Below, piece after piece: positions 36,419 to 45,805 of a stretch of 64,000 nt of DNA (positions are counted from its first letter, which is position 1; each line of letters starts with the position of its first letter). The translations under genes were made by a program, and so were the position numbers. Origin of the DNA: Candidatus Magasanikiibacteriota bacterium (lineage in GTDB: Bacteria; Patescibacteriota; Patescibacteriia; Magasanikbacterales; GWA2-37-8); the NCBI GenBank assembly GCA_041665405.1, contig JBAYIZ010000001.1, positions 26,618 to 90,617 of the forward strand, given 5' to 3'. The notes under the pieces are model-generated. The model was not told the DNA's origin. It searched no databases and saw only the letters and a list, made by a program, of their open reading frames with translations.

Positions 36419-38762
36419 ATAGATTGATTTCCCAGAGTTTGTTATTATCCAAAATGTAGGCAATTTTATTTTCTTCGTCGATTATCATACTGGATGGGTT
36501 TTTCCATTCTTTGGCAGTAATTTGGTTTTTTAGACGGCCATCTTTTTGCAGAATAATCAAACGTTTGTCGGTATTGTCCAATAAATAAATATATTGTTTA
36601 TCAGTGTATGTCCAAATTTGGCTACCTGTTTTTAACGCTGGGTCTAACCCAGAAATTTCGAATGGTTGTTTATTGCCGGCAGTCAGTTTTTCGATTGATC
36701 CATCGGTGCGACTGACAAACATGTCACCGTCGGTGGTGAGTGATAACCCGTCTTTTATATTAACCGAAATATCTTTTATCCACTCTTTACCCAAGCCAAA
36801 ACCGGTTTTTATATTGTCATGTTTATAAATTTGGTTATTATTTGTGTCTAAACTATAAAGACGACGATTGTAAATAATTAGGCTACTAATTTTAGCATCG
36901 GTTTTGGGATAAGAAACATCAGCTGATTCAAGGGAAAAGTTTTTTGGATTGTAGAATGTGATGGTTTTATTATCAGACAAAATGGCCGCGTAATCATTTT
37001 CTTTTGGTATCGCTAGGTCGTTGAAATTGTTTAGGCTGGTGTTTAGATATTTTGGTTGTTTGGTTAACAAATCATAAATAACAATGGTAGATGAATTGGA
37101 AGGTAATACCAAAATTTGATTATTTATTTTGGCTAGGTGAGCCAAATTCATTGCTTGGGTACTCAACTCGAAAATCAGATCTGGTGTCGCAATTATTTCT
37201 TTGCGGATTTGAGCAAGAGTAGTGTTTATTTGCTGGTTGAACTCGTCGCATTCTTTCTTATATTTTTTACAATTTAACTGAGAGATCAAATTTTTTACTA
37301 TCTGAGATTCGTTGAGGGCGGTAATATCATCTTTGTAAATAGTCGCGCTTTCAGCGATGTCTTTGTGGGCGATAATATCTCTAATGATTTCCTGGGATTG
37401 TTTTTCTTGGGCCAATCGTACTTGGGTAGATCGAATAAAGAGAATACTAGAGATAAAAACGATTAGTATCAAGGCGCTCAAGGTAAAGAAAATCTTGGTT
37501 GTTCTTGGTAAGTTTTTAATTCCCAATTTAAAGATATACCATTGTCTTGACCAATTTTCTAAAATATTACGACGACGATTTTGATAATTGGTAGCGACAA
37601 AAAATAGTAATGATATTCCGTGTCCAAGACTTATCAACAAATTGAAGACAAGTAATAAAAATAGCCAAATAAAGTGAATAGTATATTTGATTCCTATCCA
37701 AGTCATTTTTAAACTAGCATTTAGATATTGTTTGTAAATGTCAAATCTTTGGGGAGTGGGTGGTTTGGCATGATACTGTCTCAGATGAGCTGAGTTGATT
37801 TCCGCTGGCATGGTTGGTGGTAAATTCTTGGGTTGTTTTGATGTTTCATCCTCAAACTCGTCCTGAAAAGCGGTTTTAATTCGGTTGTTCATTTTTGGAA
37901 ACAGTGAAGGTGACATAGTGCTGGCAGTATTTTTTTCTGTTGCAAATAGGTTGTGCAACGATTTCACCGATCCACCTTTTGGAAGAGGCTGTCTCTTGGC
38001 GCTGGTCATGATTGATGGTCTTTCTTCGTTGAGATGGATGACCATACCGCCAAATGAAAATTCGTTTCGGATGTCGGATAATACACGCTCGATATGCTGG
38101 GCACTCTGACGAGATGGGCGAGTAGTAATAATTTTTTGCAGACGATCATCACTAAAGTATTCATTTAGCTGGGGCGTACCAATAAATAGGAAGTCATTAG
38201 GGGTGATTTTACCCTCGACTATTTGAGAGAAAAGTTGGTCGTTGGTTTCACCCTGGTTATCAGAAATCAGATCCATTTTTTTGTATAGGTCATCTTTGGT
38301 TTTATAAAAAAGCAACATTTTGGGATTGCCACAGAATGAAAAAACAATATCCTGTTCTTTGATGACTCCAACGACACAATGACGCTTGATCTGTTCTTCT
38401 TCCTCCAGTTGGTTTTCTCGGTTGATATTTTTTAAAACTGTTTCTAATGAATTCTCACCAATGTTTTGTGGTGCTTCATAATAACGAGATTCTATCTCAT
38501 CAATAATATTTTGTAGTTTGACGATGTCTTTGGTAGTGGTGAAATTTAGTTCACAAACAGCAAAAAAATAACCCTTTTGTCTCTCTTTTTCATTTGAGGG
38601 TTCGGTAATATGAAGGAGCACATGGGACTTTTCCCGGTTACCACCTTCAATAAAAAACTCGTGCAATTGTAGCTTGTAATCCATAAACGCTTGTAGTATA
38701 CTATATTTATTGTCGATAGTCCAATAAATATTAGGGGTAAAAGTGGGTAGCTTTCGGCTCAT
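36417..38762 (-). CDS. Large hypothetical membrane protein: N-terminal cytoplasmic domain, central TM segments, C-terminal beta-propeller-like repeats
   Basis: Hydrophobic helices around residues 340-440; repeated Y/N-rich beta-strand segments at the C-terminus; no firm family match. Confidence 0.45.
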   Translation of the reverse strand: MSRKLPTFTPNIYWTIDNKYSILQAFMDYKLQLHEFFIEGGNREKSHVLLHITEPSNEKERQKGYFFAVCELNFTTTKDIVKLQNIIDEIESRYYEAPQNIGENSLETVLKNINRENQLEEEEQIKRHCVVGVIKEQDIVFSFCGNPKMLLFYKTKDDLYKKMDLISDNQGETNDQLFSQIVEGKITPNDFLFIGTPQLNEYFSDDRLQKIITTRPSRQSAQHIERVLSDIRNEFSFGGMVIHLNEERPSIMTSAKRQPLPKGGSVKSLHNLFATEKNTASTMSPSLFPKMNNRIKTAFQDEFEDETSKQPKNLPPTMPAEINSAHLRQYHAKPPTPQRFDIYKQYLNASLKMTWIGIKYTIHFIWLFLLLVFNLLISLGHGISLLFFVATNYQNRRRNILENWSRQWYIFKLGIKNLPRTTKIFFTLSALILIVFISSILFIRSTQVRLAQEKQSQEIIRDIIAHKDIAESATIYKDDITALNESQIVKNLISQLNCKKYKKECDEFNQQINTTLAQIRKEIIATPDLIFELSTQAMNLAHLAKINNQILVLPSNSSTIVIYDLLTKQPKYLNTSLNNFNDLAIPKENDYAAILSDNKTITFYNPKNFSLESADVSYPKTDAKISSLIIYNRRLYSLDTNNNQIYKHDNIKTGFGLGKEWIKDISVNIKDGLSLTTDGDMFVSRTDGSIEKLTAGNKQPFEISGLDPALKTGSQIWTYTDKQYIYLLDNTDKRLIILQKDGRLKNQITAKEWKNPSSMIIDEENKIAYILDNNKLWEINL

Positions 38763-38786
38763 TTAAAATTTAAAAAATAAGTAACT

Positions 38787-39383
38787 ATGCTTGAACACCT
38801 ATTTGGTTCAATAACTCGGATTAAACTTTTACGCTTGTTTTATGGGAATCCAGAACGAGCGTATTTTGTACGTGAGCTTTCTCGCGCTATTGAAATCCAG
38901 CTAAATGCTGTTCGTCGAGAGTTGGCCAATTTAGAGGAAATAGGGATTATCAAACAAATTGAATTTGGTCAATCAAAGGAAGAAGAGGCCGGTACTGAGA
39001 GATCAAAATATTATAAAATAAATACTGGTTTTTTTCTTCATGACGAACTGGGGGCATTATTAGAAAAAACTCAAATTTTGGAAGAGCGTAATTTTATTGA
39101 TTTGCTAAAGAAGCGAGCTGGTGATATGAAAGCCATGATTTTGACTGGTTTTTTTACCAAAGCAGATGAAGTTGGCACCGATATATTATTTGTCGGCAAT
39201 GTCAAAACAATCGCTATTGCCAAGGTGATGCGTGACTTTGAAAAGTTTTTAAATCGTTCCATCCGTTACACTATTTTGGATGAAAAAGAGTTCTCTGAAA
39301 GACGCGAGATTGGCGATCGTTTTCTGTACTCTATTTTTGAGGCTAAGCATATTTTTGCAGTGGATGAATTAAAATTAGGTTAA
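38787..39383 (+). CDS. Winged-helix (ArsR-like HTH) domain protein with C-terminal uncharacterised domain
   Basis: N-terminal ITRIKLLRLFYGNPERAYFVRELSRAIEIQLNAVRRELANLEEIGII fits a wHTH. Confidence 0.45.
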   Translation: MLEHLFGSITRIKLLRLFYGNPERAYFVRELSRAIEIQLNAVRRELANLEEIGIIKQIEFGQSKEEEAGTERSKYYKINTGFFLHDELGALLEKTQILEERNFIDLLKKRAGDMKAMILTGFFTKADEVGTDILFVGNVKTIAIAKVMRDFEKFLNRSIRYTILDEKEFSERREIGDRFLYSIFEAKHIFAVDELKLG

Positions 39384-39389
39384 AGTTTT

Positions 39390-39764
39390 ATGTATTTGTT
39401 GATTGATAATTCATTAGATGATAAAGTCGTTTTTCATTATTGCTTGGATACCAAATGGGTTCAGCGAGAATTTGATAGAACCGAGCAAATCATTTTGGGA
39501 TTATTGGAACAGTTATTGTTGGAAGAAAACAAACAGCTTTCAGACTTGCGTGGTTTGGCGGTGGTGGTTGGTAAAGGTAAGTTTACGGCCACCCGTATTG
39601 CCGTCACTATAGCCAACACTTTGGCGTATTCTTTACAGATACCAGTTGTTGCGGTGGATGGTTGGACTGAAAATTTAAAAAAAAATATTCAAGCATCGCC
39701 AGTCGGTCAATACGTTAGTGCACAATATAGTGCGCCAGCCAATATTGGTGGTGTTAAACACTAG
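39390..39764 (+). CDS. tsaB: TsaB/YeaZ-like protein, short form
   Basis: LSDLRGLAVVVGKGKFTATRIAVTIANTLAYSLQIPVVAVDG matches the TsaB N-terminal ASKHA fold; only 124 aa. Confidence 0.55.
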   Translation: MYLLIDNSLDDKVVFHYCLDTKWVQREFDRTEQIILGLLEQLLLEENKQLSDLRGLAVVVGKGKFTATRIAVTIANTLAYSLQIPVVAVDGWTENLKKNIQASPVGQYVSAQYSAPANIGGVKH

Positions 39765-39768
39765 TCAC

Positions 39769-41256
39769 ATGTTATCAGATTATCAACGTTATCGTCTTTA
39801 CGAAATTTTACCTGGGTTATCAGTCTGGATGACTTTGATAGTGGGTGTTTTGTTATCGTTTTTCTTTCCATTGATAATGATATATGTGGTTATCATTTTT
39901 GATGTATATTGGGTATTACGTGTGGTCTATTTTGCCTTCTATCTTATTCTATCTTGGAATCGATTTCGCAAGGCGGTCAAGGCCGATTGGATGTCCAAAT
40001 TAAAAACTGAATTTCCGAAATGGGAAGACAAAAAAAATGTAGTATTCTTGCCTTTGGCTAATGAAAATTATGAGGTGGTAGCGGGGACGTTGCAAGCTCT
40101 CTTGAATTCTACTTTTTCAGCGAACAAATTGTATGTAATAATTTCTGGAGAGGCTCGACGTCAGGATAATTGGAACAAAGTGCAAACAAAAGTTAAAGAG
40201 AATTTTAGTGACAAATTTGCTGACATTTTATATTATACTCACCCAGACAACTTGTTGGATGAGATACCTGGCAAGGGATCAAATATTCACAATGCGGAGT
40301 TGGAATTTAAAAAATATGCTGACGCTCGTCAATGGAACTATAGTGAAATTATAATCTCAGTGTTTGATATTGATACGGTCGTACATCCTCAATATTTTGC
40401 TCATCTCAACTATATGTACTGTCTGCATCCACATCCAGAGTTGAGTTCTTTCCAACCTATTACTTTGTATAATAACAACATGTGGGAATCCCCGTCGATA
40501 TTACGCATTATGGCTTTTGGTACTAGTTTTTGGATGTTATTTTCTTTAGCGCGGTTGGATGGTTTGGTGACATTTTCATCCCACAGTATGAGTTTTAAGG
40601 CGGCATTAGAAAGTGGTGGTCATGCCAAGGATATTGTTAGTGAAGATTCTAGAATATTTTTTCAATGTTGGTTGCGTTACAGTGGCAATTATACCGTTAC
40701 CCCTCTTTATATTCCAGTTTCCATGGATACGGTGCGGGATGAAAGTTGGTTTAAAAGTTTGAAAAATTTATATTTGCAACAACGTCGTTGGGCTTGGGGC
40801 ACAGAAAATATTCCTTATCTATTGTGGCAGTTTAAAAAACATCCAGAGATTAGTTGGTGGAAGAAAACGATAATTATGTTTCATGAGTGGGAAGGTAAAT
40901 GGAGTTGGGCTGTAGTAGCGATACTTTTGACCATATTAGGTCGTTTACCGTTATGGGTGGCGAACAATGAAGTTCGTCAGAGCGCGTTATTTTTCAACAC
41001 TCCGCACGTATTAGAAAATTTGATGGCTATGGCCACATTCGGCTTGATTTTCTCGGCAGTTATTAGCATGTTAATTTTACCACCTCGTCCAGAAAGTCAT
41101 CCCAAATATAAGTATTTGTTTATGGTATTGCAGTGGCTATTGGTACCAGTTTCTCTGATTTTATTTTCTTCAGCACCTTGTATTGATGCTATGACTCATC
41201 TCATGTTTGGAAAATATTTAGGTTTTAATGTCTCAACTAAAAAGAGAGCTATATAA
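39769..41256 (+). CDS. Processive family-2 glycosyltransferase (cellulose/chitin-synthase-like) membrane protein
   Basis: DxD (FDIDTV), ED (SEDSRIFF) and Q(Q/R)xRW (QQRRWAWG) motifs with flanking TM helices. Confidence 0.7.
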   Translation: MLSDYQRYRLYEILPGLSVWMTLIVGVLLSFFFPLIMIYVVIIFDVYWVLRVVYFAFYLILSWNRFRKAVKADWMSKLKTEFPKWEDKKNVVFLPLANENYEVVAGTLQALLNSTFSANKLYVIISGEARRQDNWNKVQTKVKENFSDKFADILYYTHPDNLLDEIPGKGSNIHNAELEFKKYADARQWNYSEIIISVFDIDTVVHPQYFAHLNYMYCLHPHPELSSFQPITLYNNNMWESPSILRIMAFGTSFWMLFSLARLDGLVTFSSHSMSFKAALESGGHAKDIVSEDSRIFFQCWLRYSGNYTVTPLYIPVSMDTVRDESWFKSLKNLYLQQRRWAWGTENIPYLLWQFKKHPEISWWKKTIIMFHEWEGKWSWAVVAILLTILGRLPLWVANNEVRQSALFFNTPHVLENLMAMATFGLIFSAVISMLILPPRPESHPKYKYLFMVLQWLLVPVSLILFSSAPCIDAMTHLMFGKYLGFNVSTKKRAI

Positions 41257-41258
41257 AT

Positions 41259-42695
41259 ATGCGTATTTTTAAAATCATTTTAATTACAATATTGGTACTA
41301 CTTATTGGTGTAGCGGGTTTTGCCTATTGGTCTATTCGTTCTGGTAATTTACAAAAAGTGGTGGTCAATGAAGTAGCCAACCAACTAGCATCCAACCCAG
41401 CAGAAAAAAATATTTTGCAAACGGTAATGGGTTTTGAAAAACCCCGCACTTACCTTATTTTGTTTTTAAACAATACTGAGCTACGTCCGGGTGGTGGATT
41501 TATTGGTGCTTATGCGTTATTACAAATGGACAAAGGTACGCCAAATCTATTGAAAGTGGAAGGTACAGAAATTTTGGATAATACAGGCAAAAAAGATTTT
41601 GAATCAGTGGCACCGGATCCAATTACCAAATATTTGAAAGTATCGAGATGGTATTTCCGAGATAGTAATTGGTCCCCAGATTTTGCTAGTTCATCTCAAA
41701 AATCAGTTGATTTATTTTTGAGACAAGGGGGATTGGGAGATGTTGGAGATATTGACGCGGTTATCGGTTTTACTCCAACAGTGATTGAAGAGGTATTAAA
41801 AATACACGGTCCTATAGTAATGAATGGTGAAGAATTTAATGCTGGAAATTTTACAGAAAAACTGGAGTATGAGGTTGAATATGGGTACAGGGCAAAAGGA
41901 ATTGAGTTCGCAGAACGCAAAAATATGTTACGCGATCTGGCATATGGTTTGCTTTCAAATCTGCGTTATGATGTTTTTACCAAATGGCAGAAATATTATG
42001 ATTTATCTCAACGTTTATTAAAAGAAAAACAAGTGGTATTTTTCGCGCGAAACAGTGATGAACAAAATATTTTAGTTGGTAAAGATTGGGCAGGTAAAAT
42101 GAAATTTAACTCAGGCGATTTTTTATTATGGGCAGACGCTAATCTGGGTGCATTAAAAACTGATGCGTCGATAGTGCGCGAATTGAGCTACATGATTTAT
42201 CCGACAAGTTCTGATAAGTTTCTGGCCACTGTCAAAATGAAATATATTCATCAGGGTAAATTTGATTGGCGTACTTCACGTTATCGCGATTACGCTCGTG
42301 TGTTTGTCCCCGTTGGTAGCAGGCTGATCAAGTCTACTGGTACTATGGAAGCCGAAAAATCTACTAAACCCGGGGTGATTGGTTCAGGGATAGAAAATGG
42401 GTATCAATGGTTTGGTGGTTTTATAGCAGTAGAACCAGGTCACACATCGGAATTGAGTTTTTCATATTATTTGCCAGAGAATATTACCGCGGCTATTAAA
42501 AATGGAGAGTATAATTTATTAACCCAAAAACAAATTGGTACCAATAATGTTAAGTTGACTTTAAAGTTGGATTTTGGTAAAAAACTAGTATCGGCGACAC
42601 CGGGTGAAAACCCAATAAAACATGGAGATAATTTGTATGAATTGCTGACAGACTTAAAAGAGGACAGGGAATTTAAAGTAATAATGGGGAAATAG
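41259..42695 (+). CDS. DUF4012-domain protein with N-terminal TM anchor
   Basis: Characteristic LFLNNTELRPGGGFIGAY motif. Confidence 0.7.
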   Translation: MRIFKIILITILVLLIGVAGFAYWSIRSGNLQKVVVNEVANQLASNPAEKNILQTVMGFEKPRTYLILFLNNTELRPGGGFIGAYALLQMDKGTPNLLKVEGTEILDNTGKKDFESVAPDPITKYLKVSRWYFRDSNWSPDFASSSQKSVDLFLRQGGLGDVGDIDAVIGFTPTVIEEVLKIHGPIVMNGEEFNAGNFTEKLEYEVEYGYRAKGIEFAERKNMLRDLAYGLLSNLRYDVFTKWQKYYDLSQRLLKEKQVVFFARNSDEQNILVGKDWAGKMKFNSGDFLLWADANLGALKTDASIVRELSYMIYPTSSDKFLATVKMKYIHQGKFDWRTSRYRDYARVFVPVGSRLIKSTGTMEAEKSTKPGVIGSGIENGYQWFGGFIAVEPGHTSELSFSYYLPENITAAIKNGEYNLLTQKQIGTNNVKLTLKLDFGKKLVSATPGENPIKHGDNLYELLTDLKEDREFKVIMGK

Positions 42696-42696
42696 T

Positions 42697-43704
42697 ATGT
42701 TTATCAAGAAAATCGGAATTGATTTGGGGACGACAAATGTTTTGGTTTATGTACCTAAAAAAGGGATTGTTTTGAACGAACCCAGTGTAGTGGCGATATC
42801 CAAAGCGGACGGCAAAGTGCTGGCGGTTGGTTTGGAGGCCAAAGATATGTTGGGGCGTACTCCGGATACTATTATTGCTGAACGTCCGCTCAAAGATGGA
42901 GTGATTGCCAATTATCAGATCACTGAAGCGATGTTACGATATTTTATTAATAAGGCTTTGGGTGGTGCGCGTTTGTTTCGTCCAGAAGTGATGGTGGCAG
43001 TACCAGCTGGTATTACCTCTACCGAAAGACGTGCGGTGATTGATGCGACCATCGCGGCGGGAGCACGCGCGGCTTATATTATTAAGGAACCTATAGTGGC
43101 GGCTATTGGTGCAGACATTCCAATCGGTGCCGCTTCCGGGCATATGATTATCGATATTGGCGGCGGTACGGCAGAAATTGCGGTGATTTCTTTGGGTGGT
43201 ATTGTTTCAAGTGGTTCGGCACGTGTTGGTGGATGCAAATTTGATAGAGCTATTATGGAACATATTCGTCAAAAATATAATTTGGCGATTGGGGAGCGTA
43301 CATCGGAAGAGGTAAAGATTACCGTGGGTTCGGCGATGTTTATGGACAAGCCATTGTCAATGGAAGTAAAGGGACGTGATATGATTCATGGACTGCCTCG
43401 CACTATCACTGTGACTTCTGATGATACTACGGAAGCTTTACAACATGAGTTGGGTGTATTGATCGATGCAATCAAAACCGTACTATATGATACCCCTCCA
43501 GAATTATCGGCAGATGTAATGGATAAAGGAATTATTATGTCTGGTGGATCTTCTTTATTGCGTAATTTGGATGAGTTGGTGGCGCAGGCGACTGGCGTGC
43601 CGACTTATTTGGCGGAGGAGCCTCTTTTGTGTGTGGCGAAGGGGACGGGGATTGCATTGGATAATTTGGATAGTTACAAGCGGAGTATTCTTGCGACTAA
43701 ATAA
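42697..43704 (+). CDS. mreB: Rod-shape-determining actin homolog MreB
   Basis: MreB signatures (GIDLGTTN, DIGGGTAE) and full-length similarity. Confidence 0.9.
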   Translation: MFIKKIGIDLGTTNVLVYVPKKGIVLNEPSVVAISKADGKVLAVGLEAKDMLGRTPDTIIAERPLKDGVIANYQITEAMLRYFINKALGGARLFRPEVMVAVPAGITSTERRAVIDATIAAGARAAYIIKEPIVAAIGADIPIGAASGHMIIDIGGGTAEIAVISLGGIVSSGSARVGGCKFDRAIMEHIRQKYNLAIGERTSEEVKITVGSAMFMDKPLSMEVKGRDMIHGLPRTITVTSDDTTEALQHELGVLIDAIKTVLYDTPPELSADVMDKGIIMSGGSSLLRNLDELVAQATGVPTYLAEEPLLCVAKGTGIALDNLDSYKRSILATK

Positions 43705-43756
43705 TTTCTTCATTTTTTCAGACAAACTTTATAAAACATATATTTTAAAACACGTG

Positions 43757-43812
43757 TCAGTTTTGTCTTGACAAAACTGCACTCTCACTCACTTCGGCTG
43801 TGAGGCCGAAGT
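43757..43812 (+). terminator. Two consecutive hairpins after mreB (perfect palindrome CAGTTTTGTC-TT-GACAAAACTG, then ACTTCGGC..GCCGAAGT)
   Basis: Seen directly in sequence. Confidence 0.5.
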
Positions 43813-43877
43813 TCCGTGGCGGTTTTAAAATACATGTTTTATAATGTTTGTCTTCTGAATACGTTAACATTTATTTT

Positions 43878-44987
43878 ATGTTAGTTGGGATTGATTGTTC
43901 GCATGCTAACAAGGTTCAGCGGACGGGGGTGGAGGAATATTGTTGGCAGGTAATTCAGGAATTAAAAAAAATAATACCCGAAGATGTTCGGGTGGTTTTG
44001 TATTCTAATACTAAATTATTGCCAGAGTTGTCTGTGATACCAGCCAATTGGGAAGTGAAGATTTTGACTTGGCCTTTGGGGAAAATGTGGAGTCAGATTC
44101 GGTTGGTGTTTGAACTTTGGAAAAATTCACCGGATGTTTATTTTTCGCCTGGGCAGTTGTTGCCATTTTTTGTGCCAAAAAATTCTGTGGTGATGGTGCA
44201 TGATAGTGCATTTGAGGCGCATCCAAATGCGTATAGATTTTTTGGGAGACAGTATTTAAAATGGATGAATCGGTTGATTATTAAAAAAGCCAAACTAATT
44301 TTAACTTCTACTGAGTTCAACAAAAAAGAGATGTTGAAATATTATTATAATTATTTTATCAATATTTCAGAATTGGAAAATAAGATAAAAGTGATACCTT
44401 TGGCTTATGATGATAAAAAATTCAATTTAGAAAAATCCGCCGGTCAAAATATTTATGGTAAATATATTTTATCTATTGGTCGCCTGGAAGAAAAAAAGAA
44501 TACCAAGAGAATTATTGAGGCGTTTGATTTGGTTAAAAAACAGGTTTCGGATTTGAAATTGGTTTTGGTGGGAAAGCCGGGGACTGGATTTGAAGATGTG
44601 CAATGGGCGATTGAGCACAGCGAGTTTAAAAAAGATATTATTTTGCTTGGGTTTGTAGAAAAAGATGAATTGGTAAATATTTTGAAAAACGCGCAAGTGT
44701 TTGTTTTTCCTTCACTGTATGAAGGGTTTGGCATTCCAGCCTTGGAGGCGATGGCAGTGGGAGTGCCAGTGGTGGCGAGTTGCGGTAATGCTTTGGAAGA
44801 AGTTGGGGGTGGGGCAGTAGATTATGCTAATCCGTTGGATGAGCATAATATTGCCGATGCAATTTTGAAACTATTGAACGATGAAAATTATCGTCAACAA
44901 AAAATACGATTAGGTTTGGAAGAAGAAAAAAAATATTCTTGGCAGAAAACAGCACTATTAACCTGGAATGAGATAAAATCAAAATAA
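43878..44987 (+). CDS. Family GT1/GT4 glycosyltransferase
   Basis: C-terminal EGFGIPALEAMAVGVPVVAS motif; possible upstream start at 43848. Confidence 0.8.
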   Translation: MLVGIDCSHANKVQRTGVEEYCWQVIQELKKIIPEDVRVVLYSNTKLLPELSVIPANWEVKILTWPLGKMWSQIRLVFELWKNSPDVYFSPGQLLPFFVPKNSVVMVHDSAFEAHPNAYRFFGRQYLKWMNRLIIKKAKLILTSTEFNKKEMLKYYYNYFINISELENKIKVIPLAYDDKKFNLEKSAGQNIYGKYILSIGRLEEKKNTKRIIEAFDLVKKQVSDLKLVLVGKPGTGFEDVQWAIEHSEFKKDIILLGFVEKDELVNILKNAQVFVFPSLYEGFGIPALEAMAVGVPVVASCGNALEEVGGGAVDYANPLDEHNIADAILKLLNDENYRQQKIRLGLEEEKKYSWQKTALLTWNEIKSK

Positions 44988-45171
44988 TATTTAATAAGCC
45001 TCTGGCTTTTATCTGCATTCGTTCGGAAATTAAAAACTATAGTTTTTAATTTCTCTCACTCATTTTGATAATAAAAAATCCTCGATAGAATCGGGGATTT
45101 TTTAACCCATTAAATTCAGTTCTCTCTTGAATTTAATGGGAGGGAGGGGCCGAAGCGCCGAGAACCTCCGC

Positions 45172-45651
45172 CTAGAGGGAATTCTCGTCGTGGCACCTCC
45201 GGAAATAGAGTTCGCCGAGATGTTGTGCCATGTCCGCGAGACGGTTGGCAGTTTCATCATCGGTCGTTAGATGGCGAACGTTGCGCAGATTTCTCACCTG
45301 CGCTCTGATTTCGTCAGTCGTTGGTGGAACGGATGCCGTTAGGTAGGCCAGTACGTAGGTCGCATGGACCTCATACCAACCACCGAAGCCGACGTTCGAC
45401 CGGAATAGCTCCTGGGCAGTGATCCTTGCCCAGTCATTCCCGGTCAATTTCCACCAAATAAGCGCGATGTCAGCGAGACTATCTCTCGTTGTCACCGCAT
45501 CCTCTAGCTCGCTAGTGGCCAACTCCTGTTGGATGTAGGTTGCTCCGCCCAATTCTTCCAGGGTTTTCCTGGCTTCTTGGTCGGATCCTCTCCGCCACAA
45601 GTTTGTCACCTTGCAGTGAACAAACTCGAGCTGCCTATTTCTTGCGCTCAT
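45172..45651 (-). CDS. Hypothetical protein encoded in GC-rich islet 2
   Basis: 159-aa ORF with composition unlike its neighbours; 13-bp perfect inverted repeat (45108-45143) just past its 3' end. Confidence 0.45.
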   Translation of the reverse strand: MSARNRQLEFVHCKVTNLWRRGSDQEARKTLEELGGATYIQQELATSELEDAVTTRDSLADIALIWWKLTGNDWARITAQELFRSNVGFGGWYEVHATYVLAYLTASVPPTTDEIRAQVRNLRNVRHLTTDDETANRLADMAQHLGELYFRRCHDENSL

Positions 45652-45805
45652 GTTTGTCCTCTACAACGTACCGCTCCATGCGGTAAACATTAGACAGTAT
45701 CATAAATTACTGTTTTTGTCAACGGAGTCTGTGCACAACTTTTGACTTTTTTGCTAAAATGTGGTATTATTAAAATAAATAAATAGATTAAATTAAATTT
45801 ATAAT

